DNA of 64,000 nt from the NCBI GenBank assembly GCA_964016885.1, contig OZ024740.1:337838001-337902000 (forward strand), given 5' to 3'. A program made the translations under genes and the position numbers. Positions within the stretch are counted from its first letter, which is position 1; every line of letters begins with the position of its first letter. Under the pieces are notes generated by a model, which searched no databases, was not told the DNA's origin, and saw only the letters and a program-made list of their open reading frames with translations. This DNA comes from Eledone cirrhosa (taxonomy: Eukaryota). Below are positions 52,390-64,000 of this stretch, one piece after another.

Positions 52390-52475
52390 CATATCCCCCC
52401 CCCCCACATCGATCCAATAGAGGGACCAGCAGTGTTAGTCAAAGGTAGTATAATAAGTAAGGCAATCAAAGATAT
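52030..52475 (-). mobile_element. Tail-less internal fragment of RTE family A (52030-52260) with its end folded back as an inverted copy (to 52475)
   Basis: Matches 47683-47913. 52186-~52275 is the reverse complement of ~52386-52475 around a (TA)n-rich centre. Confidence 0.92.
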
Positions 52476-52592
52476 ATTGATGCACAGTGGGTCGACATCC
52501 ATTATAATATTTAAACATGGCAGTTTACATTCAATATAAACTGCCATGCTTAAATATTATAATGGATGTCAACCCACTGTACATCAATATAT
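52472..52592. repeat. Inverted repeat, 56-bp arms, 9-nt loop
   Basis: 52472-52527 vs 52537-52592, 3 transition mismatches. Confidence 0.95.
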
Positions 52593-52912
52593 ACATATGT
52601 TTCTGTATGTCTCTTGTGTTGAAAAGGAGGTCATGTATGTAAAAAATCATTGAAAAATTGCTCCGAAGACTCCAAACCTACAATTGTAAGCGAATAAATG
52701 ATTTGAACAGAACTTTGATTCATGTAATTTCTATATAACTGCTCTGTAGAACAACTGATGTTATTACATTGAGCTATTTATCTTACTGGTAATAAGGTAG
52801 TAATAAATTACTGTCTTTCACTGTTTAGGGTTTAAATATATATAACTAGAAAAGGTTTTAGTATATACATAACCATAAATAGTATCCTTAATACTATGCA
52901 TATATATATATG

Positions 52913-53261
52913 CATCATTTTCATCATCATCATTTCATTTTACGTCTGGTTTTTCCCTGCTTGCAAGGGTGGGACGGGAACTGATGCTGGCTTGATTTCT
53001 ACAGCTGGATGCCCTTCCTAACACCAACCTCATTTACAGTGAGTGCTGGGTGCTTTTTTGCCATGGCACCTCCACGACCACTTTGCAGTGGAATGATATG
53101 GACCCCAGTCCCTATCATCTCATTTCTACAGCTGAGTAAACTGGAGCAATGTGAAATAAAGTGTCTTGCTCAAGGAAACAACACATCACCCGGTCTGAGA
53201 ATTGAACTCACAACATTTCGATTGCAAGGCCAATGCTCTAACCACTAAGCCATGTGCCTCC
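52913..53261 (-). mobile_element. SINE family 2
   Basis: Reverse complement of 28625-28961. Confidence 0.93.
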
Positions 53262-53349
53262 ATATATATATGCATATATATATATATATGCATATATATA
53301 TATATATATGCATATATATATATATATATTTGCATATATATATATATGC

Positions 53350-53383
<34 letters not shown>

Positions 53384-53385
53384 GC

Positions 53386-53417
<32 letters not shown>

Positions 53418-53418
53418 G

Positions 53419-53885
53419 CACCTCTCCAAGATAATGTCACTGGACCGAGACCTTTGGCGGTACTCAGTAATAGAGAAGACCCGCCTTACCTAAATACATA
53501 GTAAAACCTACTACAGTCAGTAGGCATCTCTAACAAATACACCCCGTCCCACCACCCCACCCCATCCACACCGCCCCCTTCTATGTAAATTTATGTTGGT
53601 GCCACAACATCCAGGCCGAAACAAATGAGATCGTGTAGGTGTCACGACAAAAAAACACACAGTCCACGCTGTAATGTGGCCGTGTAGGCAACACGGTAAA
53701 AACCTCCCAGACCCACACTGTAAATGTGGTTGGTGTTAGGAAGGGCATCCAACTGTAGAAAACCTGCCAGACAGTCCTATGCGAGCAAGACAATCACTCT
53801 TGCCTCAAGTGGGAAAACCCCCGTCCAAACCCATGTAAGCGTGGAACACGGACATTAAACGTTGATGATGATGATGATGATGATG
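53419..53885 (+). mobile_element. RTE family A short 3' copy
   Basis: Matches 37947-38420. Confidence 0.95.
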
Positions 53886-53887
53886 CA

Positions 53888-53917
<30 letters not shown>

Positions 53918-53918
<1 letters not shown>

Positions 53919-54483
53919 CATCATCATCATCATCAACGTTTAACGTCCGTGTTCCACGCTTGCATGGGTTTGGACGGGGGTAGTCCCACTTGAGGCAAGA
54001 GTGATTGTCTTGCTCGCATAGGACTGTCTGGCAGGTTTTCTACAGTTGGATGCCCTTCCTAACACCAACCACATTTACAGTGTGGGTCTGGGAGGTTTTT
54101 ACCGTGTTGCCTACACGGCCACATTACAGCGTGGACTGTGTATTTTTTTGTCGTGACACCTACACGATCTCATTTGTTTCGGCCTGGATGGCGCGGCACC
54201 AATATAACTTTACATAGAACGGGGTGGTGTGGATGGGGTGGGAGTGGTGGTGGTGGGACGGGGTGTATTTTGTTAGAGATGCCTACTGGCTGGAGTAGGT
54301 TTTACTATATATTTAGGTAAGGCGGGTCTTCTCTGTTACTGAGTACCGCCAAAGGTCTCGGTCCAGTGACATTGTCTTGGAGAGGTGTAAGTGTGTGATG
54401 TCGGAGTTTATCAGCTCGTCCCAGGTTTTTCTAGGTCTGCCTATTCCGTGACTACCGTCTATCTTTATTGCCCTGCACTTTGT
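53918..54483 (-). mobile_element. RTE family A short 3' copy
   Basis: Reverse complement of ~37851-38420. Confidence 0.95.
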
Positions 54484-54516
54484 ATATATGTATATATATA
54501 TATATGTATATATATG

Positions 54517-54563
<47 letters not shown>

Positions 54564-54568
54564 ATATG

Positions 54569-54635
<67 letters not shown>

Positions 54636-54704
54636 TTATATATTTAGTCTTCAATTTTATTATTATTACTATATATATATATATATATATAGATAGATAT
54701 ATAT

Positions 54705-55045
54705 AGGCACATGGCTTAGTGGTTAGAGCATTGGCCTTGCAATCGATAGGTTGTGAGTTCAATTCTCAGACCCCGTGATGTGTTGTTTCCTTGAGCAAGA
54801 CACTTTATTTCACGTTGCTCCAGTTTACTCAGCTGTAGAAATGAAATGATAGGGACTGGGGTCCCTATCATTTCACTGCAAAGTGGCCGTGGAGGTGCCA
54901 TGGCAAAAATGCACCCAGCACTCACTGTAAATGAGGTTGGTGTTAGGAAGGGCATCCAGCTGTAGAAATCAAGCCAGAATCAGTTCCCGTCCCACCCTTG
55001 CAAGCAGGGAAAACGTGGACGTAAAATGATGATGATGATGATGAT
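54705..55045 (+). mobile_element. SINE family 2
   Basis: Matches 28625-28961; intact B box GAGTTCAATTC. Confidence 0.93.
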
Positions 55046-55096
55046 ATATATATATATACGTGTGTATAATGGTAGCTATATATATATATTAGTTCT

Positions 55097-56408
55097 ATAT
55101 TTGCTCCATTACATGGGACCCACCACCACCACTACCCTCAACTACCAACTGAGAACCCTATAAATAACCAGAACTGACCAACTGTGTCTGACATTTCTGA
55201 TGATTTCATACGTATAAAACTTTCTGCAGTGCTCTGAAATAGCGATGTATACATGAATGTATGTAAAGTATATTTGGCAATATACTGTATGTTTAATTTA
55301 AAATATTTTGAAGACCATTCCCTATGAGTTTTAAAGTAGTGACTATGTCATTTACTTATTCTCAGCAAGAACAAAGGACAGTGATCGACAGTTTGTTTCT
55401 CACTTCTTAGTGTTTATCAAGACCACACACTCCCTTACTTCTGCTGAGATTTATAGAAGCTGGATTCTTATAGATTTCCAGTAATATTGTTTTTCCGAGA
55501 ATACATAAGTGACATAGTCATCATCATCATCATCATCATCATCAACGTTTAACGTCCGTGTTCCACGCTTGCATGGGTTTGGACGGGGGTAGTCCCACTT
55601 GAGGCAAGAGTGATTGTCTTGCTCGCATAGGACTGTCTGGCAGGTTTTCTACAGTTGGATGCCCTTCCTAACACCAACCACATTTACAGTGTGGGTCTGG
55701 GAGGTTTTTACCGTGTTGCCTACACGGCCACATTACAGCGTGGACTGTGTGTTTTTTTGTCGTGACACCTACACGATCTCATTTGTTTCGGCCTGGATGT
55801 TGTGGCACCAACATAACTTTACATAGAACGGGGTGGTGTGGATGGGGTGGGGGTGGTGGCGGGACGGGGTGTAGTTTGTTAGAGATGCCTACTGGCAAGG
55901 CGGGTCTTCTCTGTTACTGAGTACCGCCAAAGGTCACGGTCCAGTGACATTGTCTTGGAGAGGTGTAAGTGTGTGAGGTCGGAGTTTATCAGCTCATCCC
56001 ATGTTTTTCTAGGTCTGCCTATTCCGTGGCTACCGTCTATCTTTATTGCCCTGCACTTTGTTATACAGCTATCGACTTTCATGCGCATCTACTTTAAAAC
56101 TCATAGTGAATGGTCTTCTCTTCAAAATGGTTTTAATTAAACATACAGTATATTGCCAAATATACTGTACATATATATATATTTATGTATATATATATCG
56201 ATTCGCAAGTTGTGTGTTTATGGGGGGGGGGGGGTAACCACAGTTAAAAAAGTACTAAGTACATTGGTAGAGTATATACAGGAAGTTTTATACGTATGAA
56301 ATCATCAGAAATGTCAGACACAGTTGGTTAGTTCTGGTTATTTATAGGGTTCTCAGTTGGTAGTTGAGGGTAGTGGTGGTGGTGGGTCCCATGTAATGGA
56401 GCAAATAT
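55097..56408. repeat. Long foldback structure (~270-bp arms) whose right arm is split by an RTE insertion
   Basis: 55097-55226 vs 56279-56408; 55261-55339 vs 56089-56172; 55340-55363 vs 55497-55520. Confidence 0.9.
55518..56088 (-). mobile_element. RTE family A short 3' copy with a ~20-bp deletion at the ORF stop
   Basis: Matches the other family A copies. Confidence 0.95.
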
Positions 56409-56479
56409 TTAATAGTGGATGAGAAGGGGGAAAGAGGGAGAGGTCACTTGATTAATGAGGATGGGGTCTTATTCAATTA

Positions 56480-56965
56480 TTCGCATAGTATACTCATTAA
56501 TTGTTACAAGGAAAAAGGTGATATACTAAAAACGAACAATAACAGGGACATACAACTGATGGACAACGTTATGAATGTAACACAAAGAGTTTCAGCACAA
56601 ATAATTAGGAAAAGAATCAAGAGATGCTGTTTGGTTTTGTGCCAGGGATGAGCACCACATATGTCCTCTTCTTAGTGAGACAACTGCAAGAGAAGTTTCT
56701 AGCTTCCTAAGCCATTATATCTAGGTTTTGTTAATCTAGAGAAGTCCTTTAACAGAGTACCATGATCTGTCATCTGGTAGTCCTTAAGGAAAATAGGGGT
56801 AGAAGAAAGCAGTGCAAGCCATGTACAGATGACTTGAGAGTAGATAATGAGTTTAGTGAAGAAATCAGTGTGCAGGTAGGTGTTCATCAGAGATCAATAA
56901 TCAGCCTACTCTTATTTATTACAGTTCTTCAGGCCATAACACAGGAGTTTGTGACTGGCAAGATG
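56480..56965 (+). mobile_element. Old RTE RT remnant
   Basis: SILINCYKEKGD, LVRQLQEK, GFVNLEKSFNRVP and EFSEEISVQVGVHQRSIISLLLFI. Confidence 0.8.
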
Positions 56966-56979
56966 GCTGTAGATCTTTT

Positions 56980-57470
56980 CCTTATATTGAAGATGTTGCT
57001 TCAGTGTTATTATCCAGGTCGCATATGATGTTAATATGGAATTTAGGTCCCAACCACCCATGTTGTGTAAGAAATATGGTCTATCTATATCACCATTAAT
57101 GTTAAAGTTTTCAGTAACTCTGAGCAGCTTGTGAGTCCTTGCATCCATCTCACTCAGTTGTTGCGATGACCAGTTCAGCAGGTCAAATGTTGATGCATGG
57201 ATTGGCACAGCAAAAGTATTATGTGCAATATGCTTGTTGTATGCTGAGATTTCTGATGACCATATTCTCTTTACTCTCCTGAGGTATTCATTTCTGGTCC
57301 TCTCCTTATTTATGGGTCAATCATATCTGACATTCTCATCCTGTCCAAGATACCTATAATTGTCACCTGACAGTAGAAGTTGCATTACCAAGCCATTAAT
57401 TTTTAGGTTTTCAGAAGAGAATACATTTCATGTTTATTGTCAAAATTGCACATTTGGACTCACCAAGTGA
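56980..57470 (-). mobile_element. R4/Dong-like non-LTR RT C-terminal remnant
   Basis: YRYLGQDEN...EYLRRVKRIWSSEISAYNK..AHNTFAVP...MDARTHKLL...DIDRPY...GG. Confidence 0.7.
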
Positions 57471-57821
57471 TTCCAGATTTGATTCAACTATGTGGCACCT
57501 TGAAAAAATGTCTCTTAACATTGACTTGGATTGACCAATAACATGTGAGTGGAATTTGGTGAACAGAAAAAATTGTGTAAAAATTAGTTCAGTATGTATG
57601 CATGCTCATATGCATACGTGTGCATGTGTGTTTGTGTGTATGAATGTGTGTATGTATATGTATAATCGAGAAAATTGGGAATGAACCGGAATTTAAACAA
57701 AATACCTTCTGGTTTTATTCTACCCAAATTGCACAGATACTCCATCCATCAGTCAGAAATGTTCTGGACTATTGAATAATTGCAAACTAATGGGACTGTT
57801 GTTTACAAAGACGCTTGATAT

Positions 57822-57979
57822 GGTTGGTGTTAGGAAGGGCATCCAGCTGTAAACTACCTGGCCAAGTTTACAGTCGTCATTGGAGCAAGTTATAGCATGG
57901 CCAACTCTGGCCAGATTTGCCTCCCAGCATGGACGATCCGTCTAACCCATGCAAGCATGGAAAAATGAACGCTAGACAG

Positions 57980-58012
<33 letters not shown>
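57822..58012 (+). mobile_element. RTE-type 3' tail fragment
   Basis: GGTTGGTGTTAGGAAGGGCATCCAGCTGTA ... CCGTCTAACCCATGCAAGCATGG + (GAT)n. Confidence 0.8.
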
Positions 58013-58013
<1 letters not shown>

Positions 58014-58429
58014 ATGAATAGATACAAAAAAAATTAAACTAAAGCAGGATCATGCTGATATCACATCAAATAGAGAGAATTTCTGAATTATTTAACTTTT
58101 AAATAACATTTTCTCTACACCATAATTCTGTATATTAAATTATCGATTCTTTCTCTAATAATTCACCAAGGTGACATCATTCTCACAATTCTCACAATGA
58201 AGAAACACCATTAGAGATAAAATATGTCTCAGTTGTCTCACATATCTGATGGCAAATATTACATTTTTTACAGCTTATTACATTTCACTAGCATTTTAAT
58301 GTTTTATGTACTAAATACTTTTATGTACTTAAGTACTACAGTGTGACCTGTCAAATCACAGGTAATTTTGCTGATATACCTTTACCACTGTAGGTAACAT
58401 TAAGTAGGGGACTGGTACTTTAAGTGCGT

Positions 58430-58555
58430 GACTGGTACTTTATTTTATCGACCCCATAAGGATGAAAGGCAAAATTAACCTCGGCGGGATTTGAACTCAG
58501 ATCATTTAGAGCCGTAACTCTATGCTGCAAAGCATGGCGTCCGACCCTCTACCGG
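58430..58555 (-). mobile_element. SINE family 1 fragment
   Basis: Central domain and B box; older relatives at ~61200-61345 and ~12187-12325. Confidence 0.8.
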
Positions 58556-59085
58556 TGAAATGAACAATGGTGATGAAAACAAAAATAGTTATTAACTTAC
58601 AATAAGATTAAATAAAGCAAATTTCTCATTTGTATGCAACAGCAACAAAAACAACAAGCATTTTAAAAGTCATTTTCCCTGCTAAAGCAGAAGTTAGTGT
58701 TGCAGGCCCCATGACAACATTCTCCGTTGTCTCTATTGTGTGCAGCCACCTATTGTGTGCATACTCTCACTTTCATTTCCTCCTCCAACAGTTGACTATT
58801 TGTAATCAAGATGTTATCAATAAAATAATACTGCAATCTGTTTTATAATCATTGTACAGCATTTGTTTTGTTTATTTGTCATACTGCGATGTCATGGAAC
58901 TATTTATAAGAAGTTGTTTTTATTAGTTAAAATCGTGCATTAAAAAAAGAGAGGAATTATTCTATAATTGAATTTTTAAAAAATATTTTCAGTTTGTCTA
59001 TTTCTCTGTCTGTCACTCTATCTGTCTGTCTGTCTGTCTGTTGTCTGTCTGTCTATTTATCTATCTATCTACCCATGTTTCTGTC

Positions 59086-60172
59086 TGAGGGCTGGGGATG
59101 CCGTGGCTAATGATACGTAAACACGCATTAAGGCTACGGCACCTTCAGGTATTCCTCTCCGGTCAACCAGTGTGGGCCCCGTTAGTGAGGCGAGCCTTTC
59201 CCAGACTCGTCTCACTCACCGAGCTGCAATCCTGGGTCAAGCAAAGACCGAGAAAACTGGGCGCCTGGCACACCGAGTGTGCCCAGGCGCTCACGGCTCT
59301 CTGGCAGGCGGACCCGGCTGTCAGTGGAGAATCCACCTCGTCATTCTATAGAGGGCTGGTGGTTAGCAGGTGCGACGACACCTTCGGAGAAGCCCTAGGC
59401 ATGGAGGAGGACATTCAGCCCGGGACCCATGGATAACTTCCAGAGGTCCCTGGCCTGGCAATGCTACAGAAAGGCTCTGCCCGTTCGAGAAAGGCTCTAC
59501 AGACACGGGCGCCCGAGGAAACCATTGCACACGCATTGGTACACTGCTCGGGCATTGCCGATCTGTGGGGCTATGTCGAACAACTGCTGTCAAGGGTGGG
59601 ACCGATCCGGTTGACCACCGAGTCTATTGTAACGATCAAGCCGCCTCCCCTCTTCAAAAACGAAGAAGAGGCGGTGTTTCTGTGCGTAATAGCCATGGCG
59701 AAAGAGGTTGTATGGTGGACGCGTCTGAAAGGACTGAGGTCAGACACCTTTCTCTCTGGCCAACAACTGGTCCATTTCTTCCGATATCATTTCAGAAGAA
59801 GGATCAGGATGGAGAGAGAGGTGCTGCACCCCAGCCGTTTTTATGAAAGATGGGTGAAAGTGGCGAGAATGGCCCGTGTGAATGGACCTTCACTCTACAT
59901 CAGACTATAGGTGAGGAAGATAAAAGACCAAGGGAGCACCCCCTCTCTGTGCTCCCGAGGAAAAGAGTTGCACACTTTTTTCGGGGGTGTGTGCGACCCC
60001 CCAAGGCGCCTCCTCTCTATTGAGGACTTTGTTATAAATTTTATTTTTTGTTATATTTTATTTTATTTTTATATATTGTTATTGCCTCCTCCTTATTGAG
60101 GATGCCTTGTTTTGTAAACTCCCCCCATTGTACTTGTCCCACTTTTGATGCCCTGGTGGCAAATAAAAGAAA
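59086..60172 (+). mobile_element. L1/Tx1-clade LINE 3' fragment (relative of 1180-3041)
   Basis: GLGMPWLMIRKHALRLRHL, MDNFQRSLAWQCYRKALPVR and ETIAHALVHC; stop at 59910; AATAAA at ~60162. Confidence 0.9.
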
Positions 60173-61912
60173 CATATCTATATCCATTTTTAAGTTGATG
60201 ACTGTCAATAGAACATGTTAAGCTCTGTAAATGTAAATACAGACATACGTACATGCACACATACACACACACACACACAAACCCACACAAACCCACACAT
60301 ATAATCTGAATAATCCACAAACATCACATCTTTACATCTTGGTGAAGAAATATGTTAACACAGAATATTCCCTCAATCTGTTCATAAAACATGTCATGTG
60401 CTAGTATTCTGATAAGGAACTGAGGTGGAAAGATTTACAAAATATCAAAAATGTTCTAATGGAGCTATATTTTCACTATATATAAGTTAAATACTTGAAT
60501 CATTGGGTGAATGAAATAAATAAATATATGAAAAATAAACAAAAATATATAAATATAAATAAATAATATAATTCACTATGGTTGCATTTAGTGGAAACAA
60601 TTCATAATATTTCTCATGCTAGAACACTACAAATATGATAATAAAGAAATAAGCGATTTGAGAAAAAATAGGAATTAAGTAATGGAATATATATTTTCTT
60701 ACAATTAATGTAAGCATTTGCTCTCCATTCATAAGTTCCTATATATAAGAATTTAATTCCGTGAGATTTTAGTATTCCAAGGAAGAGACACAAGCAGAGA
60801 TTACACTTTGTAAATATTATAAATAGACAATTTATCATCTAGTTGGCATCTCAGAATTAATATATTATTAAGGCTAGTTTATGATTGTGTGTAGTTCATA
60901 CTGTTCTGCTTCATATTATATAACATGTTCATCTATTCTATAACCTAGGAACATTTGGTTCCATGGGTTATTATAATCTTTTAGCTACAAAGATGAAACT
61001 AGGAAAGTTATGAAACACAGAGGGAATCTAGAAATTGTGTTATTCCAAACAAAATATATATGTATGGGCCCGTAACTCCTGATAGAGTCATAGGGGCACT
61101 ATATTGACATACACTGAGCATTTTAAGCCTGGTGAAGCCCATCCCTCTTCAGGTATGAGTACAGCAGATTTCTTCCAGAGAGGAAGAATCCACCCCAATA
61201 CTAGACGTACTTTTATTATCGACCTTGAAAGGATGAAAGGTAAAGTTGACCTCGGCAGGATTTGAACTCGGAGAGCAGAGAGCTGGAGCGAATACCATAA
61301 ATCATTCTATTTGACATTCTAACGACTCTGCCAATTCACTGCTTATGAATTTGGAACTCATAAAGAATATGAGCAAACCTTTATAAGAATCAAAAAAGCT
61401 AAAACATAGTAGAGGTGAAAACAAAGTTAACATTGGTAAGATTGGGAGTCAGAACATAAAAAGCTGAAACAAATATCACAAAGCATTCCAACAATTCTAC
61501 CAATCCATTGCCCTAATGTTGTGATTTGGATAATCCATAATAGTGGTGCCCCAGCATGGCTTCAGCTTGTCGGCGGAAACACATAATGGAGTAATAGAGT
61601 AAACAAATGCTAAACTAAAAACCATTTCTCATCGAATTTCATTGTTTATAGATAAATCTGATGATTGCTTTATATAAGAAACCTAATGTTATAGATTAGT
61701 TGTCATCACCAATTATTATGCTGGTCTTCACACACTCCAGACATATATTTTAAGGGGTGTCAAAGTTGTGAGCATGGAGAAAATAGATACCAAGCAATGT
61801 TTACATAAAACCAAATACCTGGTATGAATAAATGATCAGCGAATCCAAAAGTAGATGATGTATGGTGAACTTGTATGCAGAAAGTGAGTCCAACACCAAG
61901 CAAAGCTGCAGT

Positions 61913-62342
61913 TTAACCCCTAAGCATTTAAACCGGTCATATCCAGCCAGAATTTTCTCACCTCTTTCTGTTCAAACTGGCTGTAACCAGCCAATCATAC
62001 TGATGCTAAGGTATTGTTCTCAAAATAAATAATATCAAAACCTCATAGATTCGATATTATGTGAGATAATTATGTGAAGTAAAGCCTTTGCCATGAAAAT
62101 ATAATTGTTTCTACGTTAGGCACAAAGCCAGCAATTAACCAGTGCATTACTGGTACTTTATTTTATCAACCCCGTAAGGATGAAAGGCAAAGTTAACCTT
62201 GGCGGGATTTGAACTCAGATCATAAAGGGACGTAACTCTATGCATCAAAGCATGGCGTCCGACCCTCTACCGATACTGCCAATCCACTGCCTTTGCCATG
62301 AAAATATAATAGTATATATATAGAGTAATGCTAAAGAGTTAA
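61913..62342. mobile_element. piggyBac-like MITE (TTAA ends) interrupted by SINE family 1
   Basis: TTAA-CCCCTAAGCATT ... AATGCTAAAGAG-TTAA. SINE at ~62106-62288 with a 22-bp TSD GCCTTTGCCATGAAAATATAAT. An uninterrupted partial copy lies at ~62805-63018. Confidence 0.75.
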
Positions 62343-63065
62343 GAACAATGAAAATTCACTTTGGAATCATTTGAAATTCATGAGGTAAACTTGAAAAGTT
62401 TACCTCATGAAGAAATGCTTTTAATCATCACCAATGGAGAAAATGAATAAATGAATAGTGCAGAATTTTTTGGAAAAGTATGCATCTAACCCTAAAAAAT
62501 AAAGCAACTGCATGGAAATGCACAATTTATGAAGTGAGTGAGGTAAATTTGATTAGTGATATTTGTGGCCACATATGTTCATATATGGCCTTATTAGTCA
62601 CCAACAGATTCATGAGGAGCAACAAAAAGTTAACTACAGAAAGTTCAGGAAAATAGATTGCATAAGATGCAGATCATGCAGAAAGGCTTTCAAATCTGTT
62701 ATTGTATTTAAAAGGTAATGCAATACATTAGAATACATTTATGCATATTGATGTGCACATATGCAAATTTGTTTGTAATGTCTGCCAAAAGACATGTAGA
62801 GATCCATTTAAACCGGCTGTATCCGGCCAGAATTCTCTCACTTCTTTCTATTCAAACCAGCTAAAACTGGCCACTCATACTGATGTTAAGGTACTGTCCT
62901 AAAAATAAATAATATCAATATCTCTTATATTCAATATTAGGTGAGATGATTATGTGAGATAAAGCTTTTACTACGAAAATACAATAGTAAATATAGAGAA
63001 ATGTAAATGCTAAAGGGCTGAAGAGACATTGTCAAGTATAAAATTCTTTTTAATAGTCAGTAATA

Positions 63066-63250
63066 ATTGTTTCTACGTTTGGCACAAGGCCAACAATTAC
63101 CCAGTGCATTACTGGTACTTTATTTTATCAACCCCGTAAGGATGAAAGGCAAAGTTAACCTTGGCAGGATTTGAACTCAGAATGGCAAGGGCTGTAACTC
63201 TATACGTCAAAGCATGGCGTCCGACCCTCTACCGATACTGCCAATCCACC
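63066..63250 (-). mobile_element. SINE family 1 with TSD
   Basis: Family consensus; CAGTAATAAT on both sides. Confidence 0.9.
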
Positions 63251-63770
63251 AGTAATAATACTTCTTGGACATGAGTGGGAAGTCATATATATATATATTG
63301 TTGAAGCCTCAACAATGCAGATGGAGATTTACCCATCTAGGACAACTTATTAAGCCATCATTACGTTTACATAATGAAAACTTAACAAATCGTCCTTGTA
63401 GTATTATATTTACACTCTATTTAGCTCTACACCTCGCTACAGATGTGAATCTAAGCATTGAATGCTCACCCGGATGAACCTACAGTAACTACACGTTACA
63501 CTCCCTGGATATATATATATATGTATGTATTGGTCAGATCATATATGCATAGATATATGTATGCTTGTATGCACATATGCATGTATATAAAAAATATACA
63601 TGTACATATGCATGTACAGATATGTATATGTATGTATATATATATATATATATATATACATATACATACATATACATCTGTGTGTGTGTCTCAATACATG
63701 TATGTTTCTATCTATCTCTCTTTCTATATGCACACATAATATGGAACACAGATATAAAATGATGATGACG

Positions 63771-63812
<42 letters not shown>

Positions 63813-64000
63813 CTTAGATACCTATATATCTTTTTGTCAGTCGGTCTGTCTATTTGTCAATCTAGCTTCAATGATTATAAGATTTACAACAATCACCAAA
63901 ACACCTAAGAAATATGGTTAAAAAATAGTTTGATGTTTTGACATAAAGATTTTCAAAAGAATTCTGTAGATTTATGGAGAGACTTATCAGACATGTCTTC

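Noticed and set aside
55192-55250. CTGATGA...GAAA in the foldback arm
   Set aside because: No stem II closing the core; likely chance.

Overview
AT-rich eukaryotic DNA, most likely cephalopod (Octopus-like). That attribution is an inference from the repeat families and (TA)n/(ATG)n load, not a database result. The window appears mostly intronic. I found only two convincing host exons, both on the minus strand (21288-21365, 15894-15995), which splice in frame into a C20orf96/DUF4618-like coiled-coil peptide. The rest is mobile-element debris: at least four RTE lineages (two carry a PHD finger inside the RT and a triplicated two-hairpin 3'UTR module), L1/Tx1, CR1, CRE-like and R4/Dong-like fragments, a Naiad-type Penelope element with a minimal hammerhead ribozyme, DD37D and mariner transposons, MITEs, two main tRNA-derived SINE families, and a ~2.1-kb 50-bp satellite array. 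There are also many foldback/inverted duplications, several at RTE junctions. Most listed ORFs are microsatellite or antisense artefacts. No prokaryotic features or CRISPR arrays were found. All coordinates were read by eye, and boundaries of old elements are approximate.
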